This document shows positions 36,877 through 48,783 of a stretch of 64,000 nucleotides of DNA, one piece after another. Location: IMG/VR virus record IMGVR_UViG_3300037104_000756, positions 34,163-98,162 of that record, one strand, 5' to 3'. The DNA is from a virus. Under the pieces are notes generated by a model. That model ran no database searches and was not told the DNA's origin. It saw only the letters and a list, made by a program, of their open reading frames with translations. Made by a program: the position numbers and the translations under genes. Positions within the stretch are counted from its first letter, which is position 1, and each line of letters opens with the position of its first letter.

Positions 36877-38907
36877 ATGTCTCTAACACTAATCCAACTC
36901 GCGACGGATAACTTTACTCGCGCTGACGCTAACCCCATCAGTGGAAGCTGGGATACGGTAGGCGGCGCGGCAGCTTGGCAGATCAAAAGCAACATGGCGG
37001 AATCCACCGTCATCGGAATCAATGCAAATTTAAGCATCTCAACGGCTGTTGTTTGGCCTGCGGATCAGTACAGCGAAGTAACTGTTGGTGTTAGTCCTAT
37101 TAATACAGACTTGGGTGGACCTGCTGTTAGATTTGCTGCGGGGTCTAAAAATGGCTACATCTTATTCTATCAAGGTGGATCGGGACCGATCACTGTTCAA
37201 ACAGTTATTACTCCAGGTTCAGGAACAACCATCGCTTCTTCCGGCACACTGAATGTCTCTATTGGTGATGTGCTCCGATTGGTAGTAATTGGAAATCAGT
37301 TAAGTGCTTATCAGAATGGAGTAGAGATAATTGCTCCATTTACCGACAACACTTTTGCGACAGGTTCTCCGGGGCTCTCCTCCTATATACAAACTGGCAC
37401 CACAGGAAACATTCGATTCTCTTTGTGGTCTGGCGGTTCTGCCAGTATTACTCCTCCTCCTCCTTCACCCGCCAGCATCTCGCCAACGAGTGACGAGCAG
37501 GGGTTCACTGGCAATGTCACTGTAACGGGTACCGCATTTGATTCTTCTGGAACTTCGACGCTGTCATTTTCTGGCACAGACGTTACGGTTAATTCATACG
37601 GCACGCGCAACGCGACGACCATCACCGCCAGCATTACCATTACCAGCGGAGCGGCACTCACTGCGCGAGACGTGGTTATCACCAACGTAGATTCGCAGAC
37701 AGGAACCCTGGTTGCGGCATTTACGGTCACATCTGGTGCTCCGTCTCCAGCCAGCGTTTCTCCGACCAGTGCCGAACAAGGATACATAGGCAATATCACT
37801 ATTGCAGGAACGAATTTTAGCACAGGAACTCTGTCATTCAGTGGCACTGGAATTACAGTCAACTCATATTCGGTCCAGAATACGACGACCATCACCGCCA
37901 ACATTACGATTGCGAATAATGCAACATTATCTGCCCGAGATGTCGTCATCACGAACCTCGATACTCAGACAGGAACCTTGACGGCATCATTTACAGTAAC
38001 TAGCGGCGCACCATTACCTGCGAGCATTTCGCCAACGAGTGACGAGCAAGGTTTCACAGGGAATGTGGTTGTTACAGGTACCAACTTTGATTCAGGCGGA
38101 ACTTCAACTTTGTCGTTCAGTGGCGCAGGCGTTACGGTCAATTCATACGGCACGCGCAATACAACAAATCTGACCGCCAACATCACCATCGCACCCAGCG
38201 CCGCGTTAACAGCCCGAGATGTGATCGTCACCAATGTTGATACGCAAACAGGCACGCTAGCGGCTGCGTTCACAATTACCCCGTCCCCGGTCATTATCAG
38301 CGTGAGTCGGTTGTCTGGGTCGGTGGGCATGTCAATCACTATCACTGGGACCAGTTTCGGGGCAACCCAAGGAACCAGCACTGTCACATTCAACGGGGTT
38401 ACCGCAACGACGACTAGTTGGAGCAACACAAGCATAGTGGTGACCGTACCTGTTGGAGCGACCACGGGCAACATCGTGGTGCGTGTATCCGGTGTGGATA
38501 GTAATGGCTCACTCTTTACCATCACTATCCCAACACGGCCACCCGCGTTTATTCCGCTCCCTTTTAGCAAACGTCTAACCGCCTCGGCAGCGGTATTCGC
38601 GTGCATCGGCATCACGTCTCCACAAGGCGCGCCCAGGCTGACATCAAACGTGCCTATTCTCGTCGCGCTGCAATTGGAGTACAGCCAGTTAATCAACATT
38701 TACCCAGTGTTGATCCACCAGGACACAGCGAACAATCGGGCTGATTTGTATGCAGCCATCGCCAAGGCTACGACGACTGTGGAAAACTTAAATACAACCA
38801 TCGAGTCTATGATGGCGGTGGGCGACGCGGGATTTCAATTGCGGGACATGCAGATTGTTGTGGCCAACGCCTTGACCGCTCTCCACAATGTAGAGATCGA
38901 TGAGTGA
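36877..38907 (+). CDS. Lectin-like N-domain + three tandem Ig-like repeats + IPT/TIG domain protein
   Basis: DNFTRAD...DQYSEV; three ~90-aa PASISPTS.EQG repeats; G..ITITGTSFGATQGTSTVTFNG...WS.TSIVVTVP.GATTG. Confidence 0.75.
   Translation: MSLTLIQLATDNFTRADANPISGSWDTVGGAAAWQIKSNMAESTVIGINANLSISTAVVWPADQYSEVTVGVSPINTDLGGPAVRFAAGSKNGYILFYQGGSGPITVQTVITPGSGTTIASSGTLNVSIGDVLRLVVIGNQLSAYQNGVEIIAPFTDNTFATGSPGLSSYIQTGTTGNIRFSLWSGGSASITPPPPSPASISPTSDEQGFTGNVTVTGTAFDSSGTSTLSFSGTDVTVNSYGTRNATTITASITITSGAALTARDVVITNVDSQTGTLVAAFTVTSGAPSPASVSPTSAEQGYIGNITIAGTNFSTGTLSFSGTGITVNSYSVQNTTTITANITIANNATLSARDVVITNLDTQTGTLTASFTVTSGAPLPASISPTSDEQGFTGNVVVTGTNFDSGGTSTLSFSGAGVTVNSYGTRNTTNLTANITIAPSAALTARDVIVTNVDTQTGTLAAAFTITPSPVIISVSRLSGSVGMSITITGTSFGATQGTSTVTFNGVTATTTSWSNTSIVVTVPVGATTGNIVVRVSGVDSNGSLFTITIPTRPPAFIPLPFSKRLTASAAVFACIGITSPQGAPRLTSNVPILVALQLEYSQLINIYPVLIHQDTANNRADLYAAIAKATTTVENLNTTIESMMAVGDAGFQLRDMQIVVANALTALHNVEIDE
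37464..38290 (+). repeat. Three tandem ~270-bp coding repeats
   Basis: Near-identical peptide units; units 1 and 3 are most similar. Confidence 0.8.
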
Positions 38908-39449
38908 GGAGGAGTTTATGTACATCGAACTATCGAGAGAAGACATGCGCGATATCAAGGCTGGGCTGCGGTACGGGTGGGCGTTACAATTACGAACAGA
39001 GGACAGGGACCGCCTCGCCAATTTAGCCGCTCGTATTACGGAAGCGGAGTCTCATTTGCGCATGCCGACCAAGCTTCCACGGTGGATAAGAGAACAGGGG
39101 TTCTAAATGGCTCCTCGACTATGCCCGCATTGTGCTCGCGTGTTGGATGGTGAGCATGAATTTCGAATTGGCTGTTGCCTTGTGTGTAGGCATTATGGTT
39201 TACTGTGTGGTGTGTGGCCTAATCAAATGAAACCAGGAGAAAAAAACATGAGCATCGATTTGACTGACTCGCAACTTGCTCGGCTGATTTATTTGTGTTC
39301 GAAGATTGCAGAGGTAGTGCTGACCGTACCCGCGCCGCCCCAGGGAATGGGCGGCGAACTGGAGTTGGCGAAAAGCTTACGGAGCAGCATCGAAGCGCAA
39401 AACGGTGTGCTCCTCGAACTTGGCGCGCTGTTGCGATAGCAGGTCGCGG

Positions 39450-41710
39450 TTAAACTGGAAAGGTTGCGCGAAGCGCCAATGCATCTAGGTACTCCATCAC
39501 CGCTTCGATTTTCGCGAGATTCTCGCGATGTTCTTTGACTGCGATAAAGATTGCCTCGGGACCTTGAGGATAGTAGTCGCGACCGTGAGGACCCGCGTCC
39601 TGCAAGGTGCGACATGCGTCGTGGAGCGCAATATACGCAACGCTCCATTGTTCGATCAGGGACTCTTTACTGGTTCCATTCAAATGAATTGTAGGGTATA
39701 TCATTGTTTGCTCCTCGTGTTCTCATCACGGTTAAACTGTAGCCACGTCTTCCCATTCTCCAATTCCCACGCGTCATTAGCGAATAACAGAGCCCCGAAG
39801 GGTTGCCCTGCCAGCAGGCGGCGCTCTGCGGATTTCCGCAGTTCAATAGCTTGCTTGGCTGAGTAGTTGATAGGCGGTTTGCTCATGATCGGTCCTTTGG
39901 GGTGCAGAACATTACGAACACCAGCACCAGTAGAAAAACCTCGACGGTGATTCTCAGAATAGGTAGCAGGTTCATTATCTATGCCCTGCCAATCTTGATG
40001 AATTCGTTTTCGGCGGCGGCGGCATAGACCACGCCGTTATCGTACTGCACGGTCAGGGTGTGAACTTTCAGTTTGCCTGAGAACGCCGAGGTGCCGATTA
40101 CGGTACCTGCAAAGTGGGTCAGGTGGTTCCGAACGCGGTCGCCAATTTGCGGGCGAATGGTGTTGCGGCTGAAAAGCGATTTAAGATTCATCGGATGCCT
40201 CCCATGACGAAACCATAAAGCTTTTGATTCTCGTGGTGGACCTTGAGTGCGTAGGCAACCATGCGCTTTTCGAATGATTCGGTTACGTTGGGATTCTGGC
40301 GCACACGTCGACGCATGTCGTTCGCGATAGTTTCATCTGCCGTGCCGACGTGAAATCTGTTGACGATAACTTCGATGCTCGCTTTGGGGAGTTTGGTCAT
40401 TTGGTTGATCTCCATGTCCATCATTATGGGTTATCCACTCGGCTAGGGCAATGGTACCTTAGTACCTACTTGGGCGGTACTCTCCCTGTAGAGGATCACC
40501 TCCCGCGAGACGTAATCGAATACACAAAACGTCCCCTCGCCCGCCTTCGCCAGTTCTCGCCACATTTGACGGATCGCGCCATCCGTGGGTTTAACACGCA
40601 ACCCATTCGCTCTAATTCGAAAGGCAAATTGCCATCGTTTAATTTCGACGGCACCTGATAGTTTCATGATTGTGACTCCCTTCTCCACTGCGCCATAGCC
40701 CATTCGATAGCCTCGCGCTTCAGTTCGAAGCGCGCCACTTCCTTGTCGCCCAGGAGGACCAGCCAGCGCTTAATGCCGCAGCGCCAAACATCTTTGATGC
40801 GGTAGTGGGGGTCCATTACCTGTCCCATTATCGCACCGCCAGGGGTTGTGGGGCATGTTTGCTAACACCACCGCAATTCAGGCAGCGCCCGCCAAAGGTC
40901 ATGTCGTGTGCAGTGCAGGGTCGCGAGGGTGTTGGGAATGTGGCGCGGACCTCCTCACCCATTGCTGCGTTGCGTTGATATCGGAATTGCTCGTAAGGGT
41001 TCATGACTTCACCTCTGGTTGGTGGCGATAGCATAGCGTTGATCCCTTGACGGCTTGACATTTTTCCAGTTCTGGATGCTTCACACATTCGAGGCAGTGG
41101 TGCGGCCACGGCAGGAGGTGACCATCGTATTGCACCTCTGCGTAAAGTTCGATCAGCTTCTTGATGCCGTCTGCGAACGCTCCGTTATTGTCGGCGTCCC
41201 AGCCGCCGAAGTGGAAACCACCCTGGAGGCTGTTCGTGATATAGAGGGAGGGTGTGCCTGCCGATTCGCCGTTCGATGCGCGAATGACGCGGAATGAGAT
41301 ATTCCAGCCGCCGATGTTGGGCGTGTTAACGGTTTCGAAGCGGCACAACTGATGTGCGTGATAGGTTGAAGGGACGCCTGCGCGCGAGAGTTGGCGCTTG
41401 ATGGTTTGCAGCCGATTATAGATGCGGCTGTTGATTTGCTTGGTGCTGAGTCCTGCTGACATTATCGCACCGCCTTTGCGCGGTTGTTGCGGGACTGCAC
41501 GCGCTTGAGAATGTTGAAATACTGACCCATCAGTTCGTTGTGACGCTGGGCGTTGGGGTTGGTGCTGGAGAAAACCACGAATCGGGAAGAAGTTTCAATC
41601 CGTTCATGTTGGCATGCCGCGCTCCACGCTTCGTGAATTTTAGTCTCCAGAGCTTTCAGTTGGCTGATGTCTTTGTTGGTCATCTGTGTTGCCTCCATTT
41701 GATGTAACAA
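39450..41710 (-). other. Cluster of small minus-strand (early-type) hypothetical ORFs
   Basis: Tightly packed 60-150 aa ORFs downstream of GTAC-box promoters. Confidence 0.55.
40423..40466 (-). promoter_or_regulatory. sigma70 promoter with GTAC box
   Basis: GGTACTAAGGTACC-A-TTGCCC-17-CATAAT. Confidence 0.7.
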
Positions 41711-41753
41711 GTATGCCGAATATCCTTGTGCAGCGCAATAGTACGACGGTACT
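41710..41753 (-). promoter_or_regulatory. sigma70 promoter with GTAC box
   Basis: AGTACCGTCGTACT-A-TTGCGC-17-CATACT. Confidence 0.7.
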
Positions 41754-42570
41754 ACGACCCCAGCATATGGCTGGGGCGTCGCTCTGCGAGCCGATTCGGG
41801 GAGAGATTCACCGCATTGCCTGTACTCTGACCCTTGGCGTATCCATCACCGTTCCGATTCGAACTGCCGATACCGCGCGACCGTTTCGTTTTCCCGGCTA
41901 GGAAATTTTGCACAGCCAGGGCATCGCGATTGATGTGAACAATTGCATTTGCTGAGACGGCAGCCTGCGCTTTGAGTGTTTCATCGTAGCGTGTCTGCAA
42001 TCGAGCAGCAATGGCGTCGCCGAATCCATTCTTCCAAGATTCGCGGTACTCCTTCATCCAGCGGTTGAATGCGGCTTTTGCCCATGTGGGGATGTTATAA
42101 TCGCTGATCATATTGCGCATGTTGAATTTCAAACCTTGAATTTCGCGGTCGGCGCGAGCAGCTTTTGCAACCAACTCCTCGCCCAACTCGACCAGATGCA
42201 AGTAGAGAATTTTGGCAAGCTGGCGGTCAGATGTGCGACCGACAAAGAAAAACGAGGTGCCGCGAGACGAAGTGTTATTCACCACTTGGCAGGAGTTCAC
42301 GGCAGCAACAACCCGAGCGATTTTTTGCCGCCAGTACACTTTTGTGCGATTCCCGCCTCGGTTGATTTCTTTTCCGTCGACGCACTCCCAATCGATAGGT
42401 TCTCCATCTTCACGCGCCTGGAAGTCGACTTCGGACATATCTAGTTTGTGCGCGGTCAACAGGTCCTGAATGCGCGCCGCGAAAGCTTCGGCTTCCGCTA
42501 AACTGCCGATGGCGCGGGCAGACTGTTCATGCGTAATCAGCTTCCTGAGTTTTTCAATCATTGGATTCAT
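41752..42570 (-). CDS. DUF2786-like domain protein
   Basis: IEKLRKL.......GS.AEAEAF..RIQ.LL..H.L; F.G...D; R.S...GF...I..RL; GY..G. Start at 42570 or 42585. Confidence 0.75.
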   Translation of the reverse strand: MNPMIEKLRKLITHEQSARAIGSLAEAEAFAARIQDLLTAHKLDMSEVDFQAREDGEPIDWECVDGKEINRGGNRTKVYWRQKIARVVAAVNSCQVVNNTSSRGTSFFFVGRTSDRQLAKILYLHLVELGEELVAKAARADREIQGLKFNMRNMISDYNIPTWAKAAFNRWMKEYRESWKNGFGDAIAARLQTRYDETLKAQAAVSANAIVHINRDALAVQNFLAGKTKRSRGIGSSNRNGDGYAKGQSTGNAVNLSPNRLAERRPSHMLGS

Positions 42571-42592
42571 TGGTGTGTTCTCCATGTCCGCC

Positions 42593-42636
42593 AGTATGGG
42601 GCTGAGGTGAAATTTATGCAATAGTACGAAGGTACT
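42593..42636 (-). promoter_or_regulatory. sigma70 promoter with GTAC box
   Basis: AGTACCTTCGTACT-A-TTGCAT-17-CATACT. Confidence 0.75.
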
Positions 42637-42650
42637 GTTTTCTTTTTTGC

Positions 42651-42679
42651 TTGACAAAGGCATCATTCGCTGGTAGATT
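42651..42679 (+). promoter_or_regulatory. Divergent sigma70 promoter
   Basis: TTGACA-17-TAGATT with TG extension. Confidence 0.65.
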
Positions 42680-42689
42680 GAATTTTCTA

Positions 42690-45600
42690 ATGGCTTGTAC
42701 TCGCACCATAGAAGAGATGAAGAGTGACTTGCACGGCGGCGGGTGGGAACTCTACCGCAGCGGTATATGGCGGTCGCCGTCTGGCGCGGTGTACCCAGGA
42801 CCACATAAAGCTTGGCATGTATGGGCTGGGACGCCAATGTGCGACCCACCAGAGCCACCCAAGTTGGGTGCAAGTTCTGGACTAATTCTCTCTTAGATAG
42901 AGAGTTAAGTTGTTGGAGAATCTAAGAGATAGCTCAAATGGAGCGAGCAACCAAATGACGCAGTGGATTCTACTCAGACCTGACGAAGAGTGTCCTGTTT
43001 GGGAAGTGATGCCTGCTGCGCAGGCCACTGCTGGAGCACGAATTCAAGAGGGACACAGTGCTGGGCTGTATTGTAAATGCAAACCGTGCTTCGTGGATGG
43101 CGAGATTAATTCGGTTCTGGTGCATCATATTTTAGTTAGAGGTAAGCCAAAGCGATGCACTGAACCTAACGCGCATGACTGTCATCTGAAGGAGAATCAA
43201 TGAGCAAACCATGGAAGGACATCAAACACAAAGCCAAGCGCGTGACGTGTGAGATTGTCTATCGCGTGCGTTGGTCGGCAGGAGATGTGGACCTCCCCAA
43301 TCAGGAGCGCGCTGACGAACACGCTGCGCGCTTGATGGCGGCAGGGATAGCAGTGCAGGTTGATTCGTTCCGAAGGTCAAAGCAGTGAGAACGCGATGGT
43401 ATTGGACAGGGACGACAATTAGACTATCGAGGACCGCGCGCTTTCTTCTGAGGGTCGCATATATTTTTGTCGGGCTGGCAATGGGACTAGACGGCTATCC
43501 GCAACGGAGAGTACGATGATCACATCAAAGGGCTACAATACATATGTGTTGGGCGAGCGGGCGTTCTACACTTCAGCGATGCTGGAACAACTGCAGGAGA
43601 ATATATCCGCCTTCGGGCGATGTTACATTTCGAATTGGCGCATCCTTCACATTGACGGCTTCGAGGACGGGTATATATTCTTGCCCGAGCGCGGCGGTTA
43701 TGACATTCACTTTACATGGAGCCAAAAAGTTGGTCAGAAAACACAGGATGGCTCGATTGAGTGGACGAATCTCGGGAAGTACCAAAAATGAGTGAGACAC
43801 CGAAAATCGAGCAAGATTGGGCGTACAAACAGGCCAAGCAGATTGTAACTATGTTTGACGAGCCTGCATTATGCCCGCTGAGTATTAAGCGAATTGCCTC
43901 GATGCTGCGTCGGGCGTATCGCAAGGGCGGCGAGGCACAACGGATTAACGACAACACCAAAGCGCTGCAGGCGTCCATGCCTAAAATTACGGTAGAGCAG
44001 CGTGTTCCCACAATGCCGAGTGTTCATCTATGCAGACACGGCGTTTATGCTGCGCAGTGCTACGCGTGTGCCGGTAACGCCAACTGTGCTAACAACGAGG
44101 CGGAATAATGTTCACAATAGACGAATCATGGAATCAGGTGGTGCTGGCTGAAGGCGAAGCCAAGCGGCTGGTGATGTTTATACTAGATCACCAGGGTCAC
44201 GGTGAGATTACGATTTGCACCAAAGCCGCTGGAGTGGGGAAGGTAGTGGTCGCTGTGTGTGGTCACGTCCCGAGCAGCCAGCAAGATATTACGGATTACT
44301 CAACGTGGTAAGGGCGGCGAGCTATAAGTGCGATCAATGTGGGAAAATCGTTAAGCGTGCCAGTCGGCAGGCACGCCTCAAATCATATTGCATGTTAACA
44401 GGCAAGAGTGTGTGCCTGATTAGAGTGCGGAGGCTGAAGTGACAGACATTCAACGGGCTGAAGCAATGGATAAATGGGCGGTAGTAACTCGGCGGTTCGC
44501 TGGTTTGGAATCCGCCATGGATGAAGCCGAGAGCCTTATTCGGCGGGCAGACCATATCGAAATATGGCAGATGCCAAGAGACTGGCTGGTTATCGCACGA
44601 TTTTCTGTTCGGGTGAATTGAATCGATGAACCACAAACGCAAACGACCGAAGAACCGGCGCGCGGGCTGCTTGATGTGCAAACCACATAAAGCAAACGGC
44701 GTAACAAAGAAGATTCACGTTCGAGGCATCAAGGGCAAGATCAAACTGGAAGACGCCTAGCGCGGAGGAATATATGAGCATTGAAACCATGTTGATCGAG
44801 ATCGCCAATCGCGCAGGCGCGCCGACGATGGACTACTGTTCTGAAGCTGTCTTGTGTGAGCAGCGTGAGAGCTTGAACTGGATAGCAGCCAAGGCGGCAG
44901 AGGCAATCAAGCTGTATCGGCAGGCACCGCAGTGGCGCTGTGGTGAGGCTGATTGTCATATTCTCGCGCCGCACAGGCACGTCACTATTTGAGCGCAACA
45001 CGTGGAGAATACAGCGATGAAGATTGCACTGCAGCACCTCCCAATTTGGGATAGGCATCGCGTGTATCGCGCGTATTATCGGGGTATAACCGCCGCCGAG
45101 CGCATCGAGTTCATAAAGACGCATCTGCATGCCCGAGGGATGGTGTTCAAAGAGTCCGATGGCACATTGCTCTATGCGGACTACTGGCCTGACTTCGCGC
45201 CTTGGTATCTCGGTGAATGAGCGCGGTCCGCATTCCAGAGGGGCATCACCATCATATTCGTTGCCTCATCATTCCAAAATGGCGACCCGCTGAATTGATT
45301 GGCAAGGCGATACTGACTGAACAGACTAGAGAGGGAGTGATGGTTAACGACATCAATTATTTAGCGCAGTTGATCACGGATGACGCGGTTCCGTTATGGC
45401 TGCATGAATACCTCGCGCAGCATCGCAGTCGGATGATAGCCGAACTGGGGTTGTTTGGAGTATGTGAGGTTCCCACTCCCGATGGTAGGGTAATGGTGAT
45501 TCGTCCGTCAACCGATAGCTTGTAGTCTATCGAGATCACGACAAGTTATAGCTTGTGGGCTATTGGAGGCTGTGATGGTCGAGATACGCATGCTGACCGA

Positions 45601-46348
45601 TGAAGAGAAGAAAACGAGATTCGACTTCGTGTGGTCGGTCGAGGGCTGGCCATGGATATGGTATGGACAGAAGGAAGCCGAGCTTGCGTTGCGGCTGGCT
45701 CTGACCTCGGCATTGAGCGAGCATGGCGTATTGTGGAGGAATGCGTATTGTGGAGGATGTGATGTATGTAGGCTGGGCAAGCATTGGATATTGTGAATCG
45801 TTCTGGACCTGGGCGTATCAATCGTGGGATGTGCGGGTTGAACGGCTTGATACATATAGCTCGCTCCGTTGCCGGGGTGTGCGCGTCCTGGGCTTCGAGT
45901 GGTTTGATGAATACATTCTGACGAGCGAGAGCGAGCGCGTGTGAGTGAGCGCAACGCGCGGTTCGATTGCCATAGGGGCTAGGTCACTTCGGCTTCATAG
46001 TGTTGCATTCCAAAGCGGCGCAACGCCAGTGCTCGTCAAGGGTGATGGTGACCGATAGACTAAACATAGCGAGTTAAGGTATCGTAGAATGGACCGTAAG
46101 TGGGTTAAGGACCATTATCGTTGACCTTAACTGTGGAGAGCGTGATGTGTGAACATAGGGATTGCATGCATAGCCTCGGGCCAGGAAGTCACTGCGATAC
46201 GTGTGATCGATTGCAAGCGCCGATACTGTTCACTGTCGTGCCCGCGCCACCGACTAAGACATACCGGCGTGTGCGTGAGAAGCAATACACTGAGGAGGAT
46301 ATCAAGCGCTGGCTGAAGGCATGCAAGAAACACTTCGGTGGCGTGTAG
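42690..46348 (+). other. Cluster of small plus-strand hypothetical ORFs
   Basis: Many coupled 40-115 aa ORFs, including MNHKRKRPKNRRAGCLMCKPHK (44626-44760), which is absent from the ORF track. Confidence 0.55.
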
Positions 46349-46349
46349 G

Positions 46350-47150
46350 CTATATCTACGTGGAGGCATGGATATGTGCGCTGGCGTAGTCATATAGGAG
46401 TACATGCGCATGGTGTTTGTAATCATCTAGGAGTACATCGATGGCGTGCGTGTAGCTTTTACCCATGTCGGTGATAGGTGCAGTCCCGCAATTTTGATGC
46501 CGCGCACCGAAGTGACGATATATCGTCATATGATTTTAGTGACGAAATGTCGTCACCTATGAAAATGTGGAGATTTGGGTAGATTTGTTACACGAGGAGC
46601 GCGCGCTGCGCAATCAGCGCACACCTCGACCTCGACCACGCTGAATTATCGCCATATTTAAAGCCGCGTGTTATCAATCACTTGCAAAAGGCGAAAGTGT
46701 TTCGCTCCATGCATTTACATCGAACTGTATGAAAGCAATAGACTTGTCAGTAAACATACTATAGTTTATCGGACATAGCCTGCAGCATATTGTTATCGCG
46801 GACATCCGAGCGGACGCGGACGATATGCGCAATTATATAAACTACGCGCAATGATATAGTTGCGCATATCAGGCTGGAGGACGCCCGGGCGGCACGGCGC
46901 GCCTCGGTCGCGCACGATTTGCGCACCCACCCACGCCCCACAAGTCTAATCGAATCAATGACTGGGCATGCGTGTGCTTGGCTATCAACGTGCTGCCTAC
47001 ACACGTCGAGGGCCAAAGAAATAAAAAGAAAGGGGTCCCTTTGGCATTCCAATTGCGGGCAAAAAGCCCCCAAGGACCCTGCTGCCCAGCCTAGCCTGAC
47101 TACACCCGCATAACACGTTCCATTAATATTCATTACATGGTCAAAATTTC
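46350..47150. other. Largest non-coding region; possible genome terminus, packaging site or origin
   Basis: No credible ORF; two TGACGA-N4-TCGTCA palindromes and other repeats. Confidence 0.45.
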
Positions 47151-47152
47151 CC

Positions 47153-47181
47153 TTGACAAATTTTCAGGGGTCCTGTACCAT
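47153..47181 (+). promoter_or_regulatory. sigma70 promoter (leaderless ORF at 47188)
   Basis: TTGACA-17-TACCAT-6-ATG. Confidence 0.7.
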
Positions 47182-47485
47182 CCGCACATGGTTGATATCA
47201 AAGTTCTGGAGACCGAAGACCATCGTTGGGCTCTGGTGGTAAATGGCGTAGAAATAGGGAGTTCCAAAAACCGCTTCGACGCCGACTTCTCTGTTGTGCA
47301 GTTGCGCAAAGCGCTAAGTGACTTCAGCGACCTTCGGGGAGCGCTGGAAGGACAGGAGTCGTAATGGATTCATTTCACGATGATGGCAACCAGCCGGTAC
47401 TGCCCTGGGTTCGGCGGGTATTGATGTCTCTCTTGATCGGCGCTATGCTGCTCGGGATATATCTCAAGAACAAGGGAGTGATCTA

Positions 47486-47884
47486 ATGATCAAAGAATTC
47501 GTAACACGGTTCGACTTCGCCCGTGCGCAACTGGCGGAAGTATTCTCGAAGGCGCACCCGTCCGAGTACTTTGATATCGTCAAAGCGGTTGTCTTGGCGG
47601 TTGCGGGCGACGCGTACAACGCGATGGACTCCGAGCGCATTCATCAGATTGACGATGGCGATTACCAAGGCACCCTGCTGTTTGTCATTGGCGCTCAGGG
47701 ATACCAGCCTGAGAAGTATTGGTACGTTCGGGTCGATTACGGGTCCTGCAGCACATGCGACACCCTGCAAGGGATACAGGATTACTCTCGCGACGACCCG
47801 CCGACCCTAGCGCAGGTCAATCAATACATGACCCTCGCGCTTCACATTGTCCAAGGTCTGAAGCTGCTGCAGGACGAGGAGTAG
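47486..47884 (+). CDS. Hypothetical protein
   Basis: DDGDYQGT...YGSCSTCDTL motif; SD GGGAG. Confidence 0.65.
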   Translation: MIKEFVTRFDFARAQLAEVFSKAHPSEYFDIVKAVVLAVAGDAYNAMDSERIHQIDDGDYQGTLLFVIGAQGYQPEKYWYVRVDYGSCSTCDTLQGIQDYSRDDPPTLAQVNQYMTLALHIVQGLKLLQDEE

Positions 47885-48243
47885 CCATGGGCGAAGGACT
47901 TCAGCGCGCGTTCGCCGCAACGTACGGTGTCAAGGTCGGTCAGTTCTGGCAGGACAACGACCCTCGATTTAGGGACCTGCGCACCCTGCGGGTCGACGCC
48001 TTTGAACCATTCACACATCCCAACGGACTCAGGAAGTTGTACGCCCTTTGCACCGTCTGTGAGACGGGTCGCAGGATTAAGATTCAGGTTCACAGGCTGA
48101 AGCCGACATCGAACGGGTATCGGCTGGTTAAGGAGGCATCATGATTCACCGCGCCGAGAAAATCCGTCTTGTGCGCCAAGCAAAAGTATGATAGAGTTTG
48201 GTAGTCGAGAGTAAAATCGCAACCCAAGGAGCACCACACAGCT

Positions 48244-48783
48244 ATGAAGATCAAGTCAATCCTCATCGCAATGGTTCTATTCGTCACTCCGGTTTTCGCT
48301 TCACAGAATTATCCGTTAACGACTCCCTACAACATTCCCGCCCTCTCAGCCGTTTTCCCGGCTTCCGACAACAATGCGGGTATTGAAGTTACCCCCTCAT
48401 CTGGAGTCACCACTGTCGACAAGACCTCCTTCACCGGAAACATGTACGTGGTATCGGCACGGAACGGTAACGCCAGTTTCGGCGTGGCCTACTTTGATTA
48501 CGCGACCACGCGCGCCACAGGGTCCGACAACTTGGACAATGTGATAGACGGCAGCATTTCCGCAATGAAGATGGTGTTGGTCCCGAACAGCCGTGAGAAC
48601 ACATCGTTCGCCGGTTTGTTTGCCCGTGAAGGACATTCGGTCTCTGATACATTGGAAGCGTACACAATCACTACCGTTGTCGGCTCGCGGTGCTATCTCT
48701 CCGTGGTTGTGTTCGACAAGTCGCTGCATGGTACTGAACAAGACGCGAATGATTTCTTCGCGTCAGTCAGGCAGGGTCGGTAG
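48244..48783 (+). CDS. Exported protein (possibly PsbP-like fold)
   Basis: Signal peptide; C-terminal R.YL.VV...DANDFFASV. Confidence 0.55.
   Translation: MKIKSILIAMVLFVTPVFASQNYPLTTPYNIPALSAVFPASDNNAGIEVTPSSGVTTVDKTSFTGNMYVVSARNGNASFGVAYFDYATTRATGSDNLDNVIDGSISAMKMVLVPNSRENTSFAGLFAREGHSVSDTLEAYTITTVVGSRCYLSVVVFDKSLHGTEQDANDFFASVRQGR

Noticed and set aside
28276-42636. Calling the GTAC box a LexA site or the host a cyanobacterium
   Set aside because: Resemblance only; no lexA and no cyanophage marker genes in the window.
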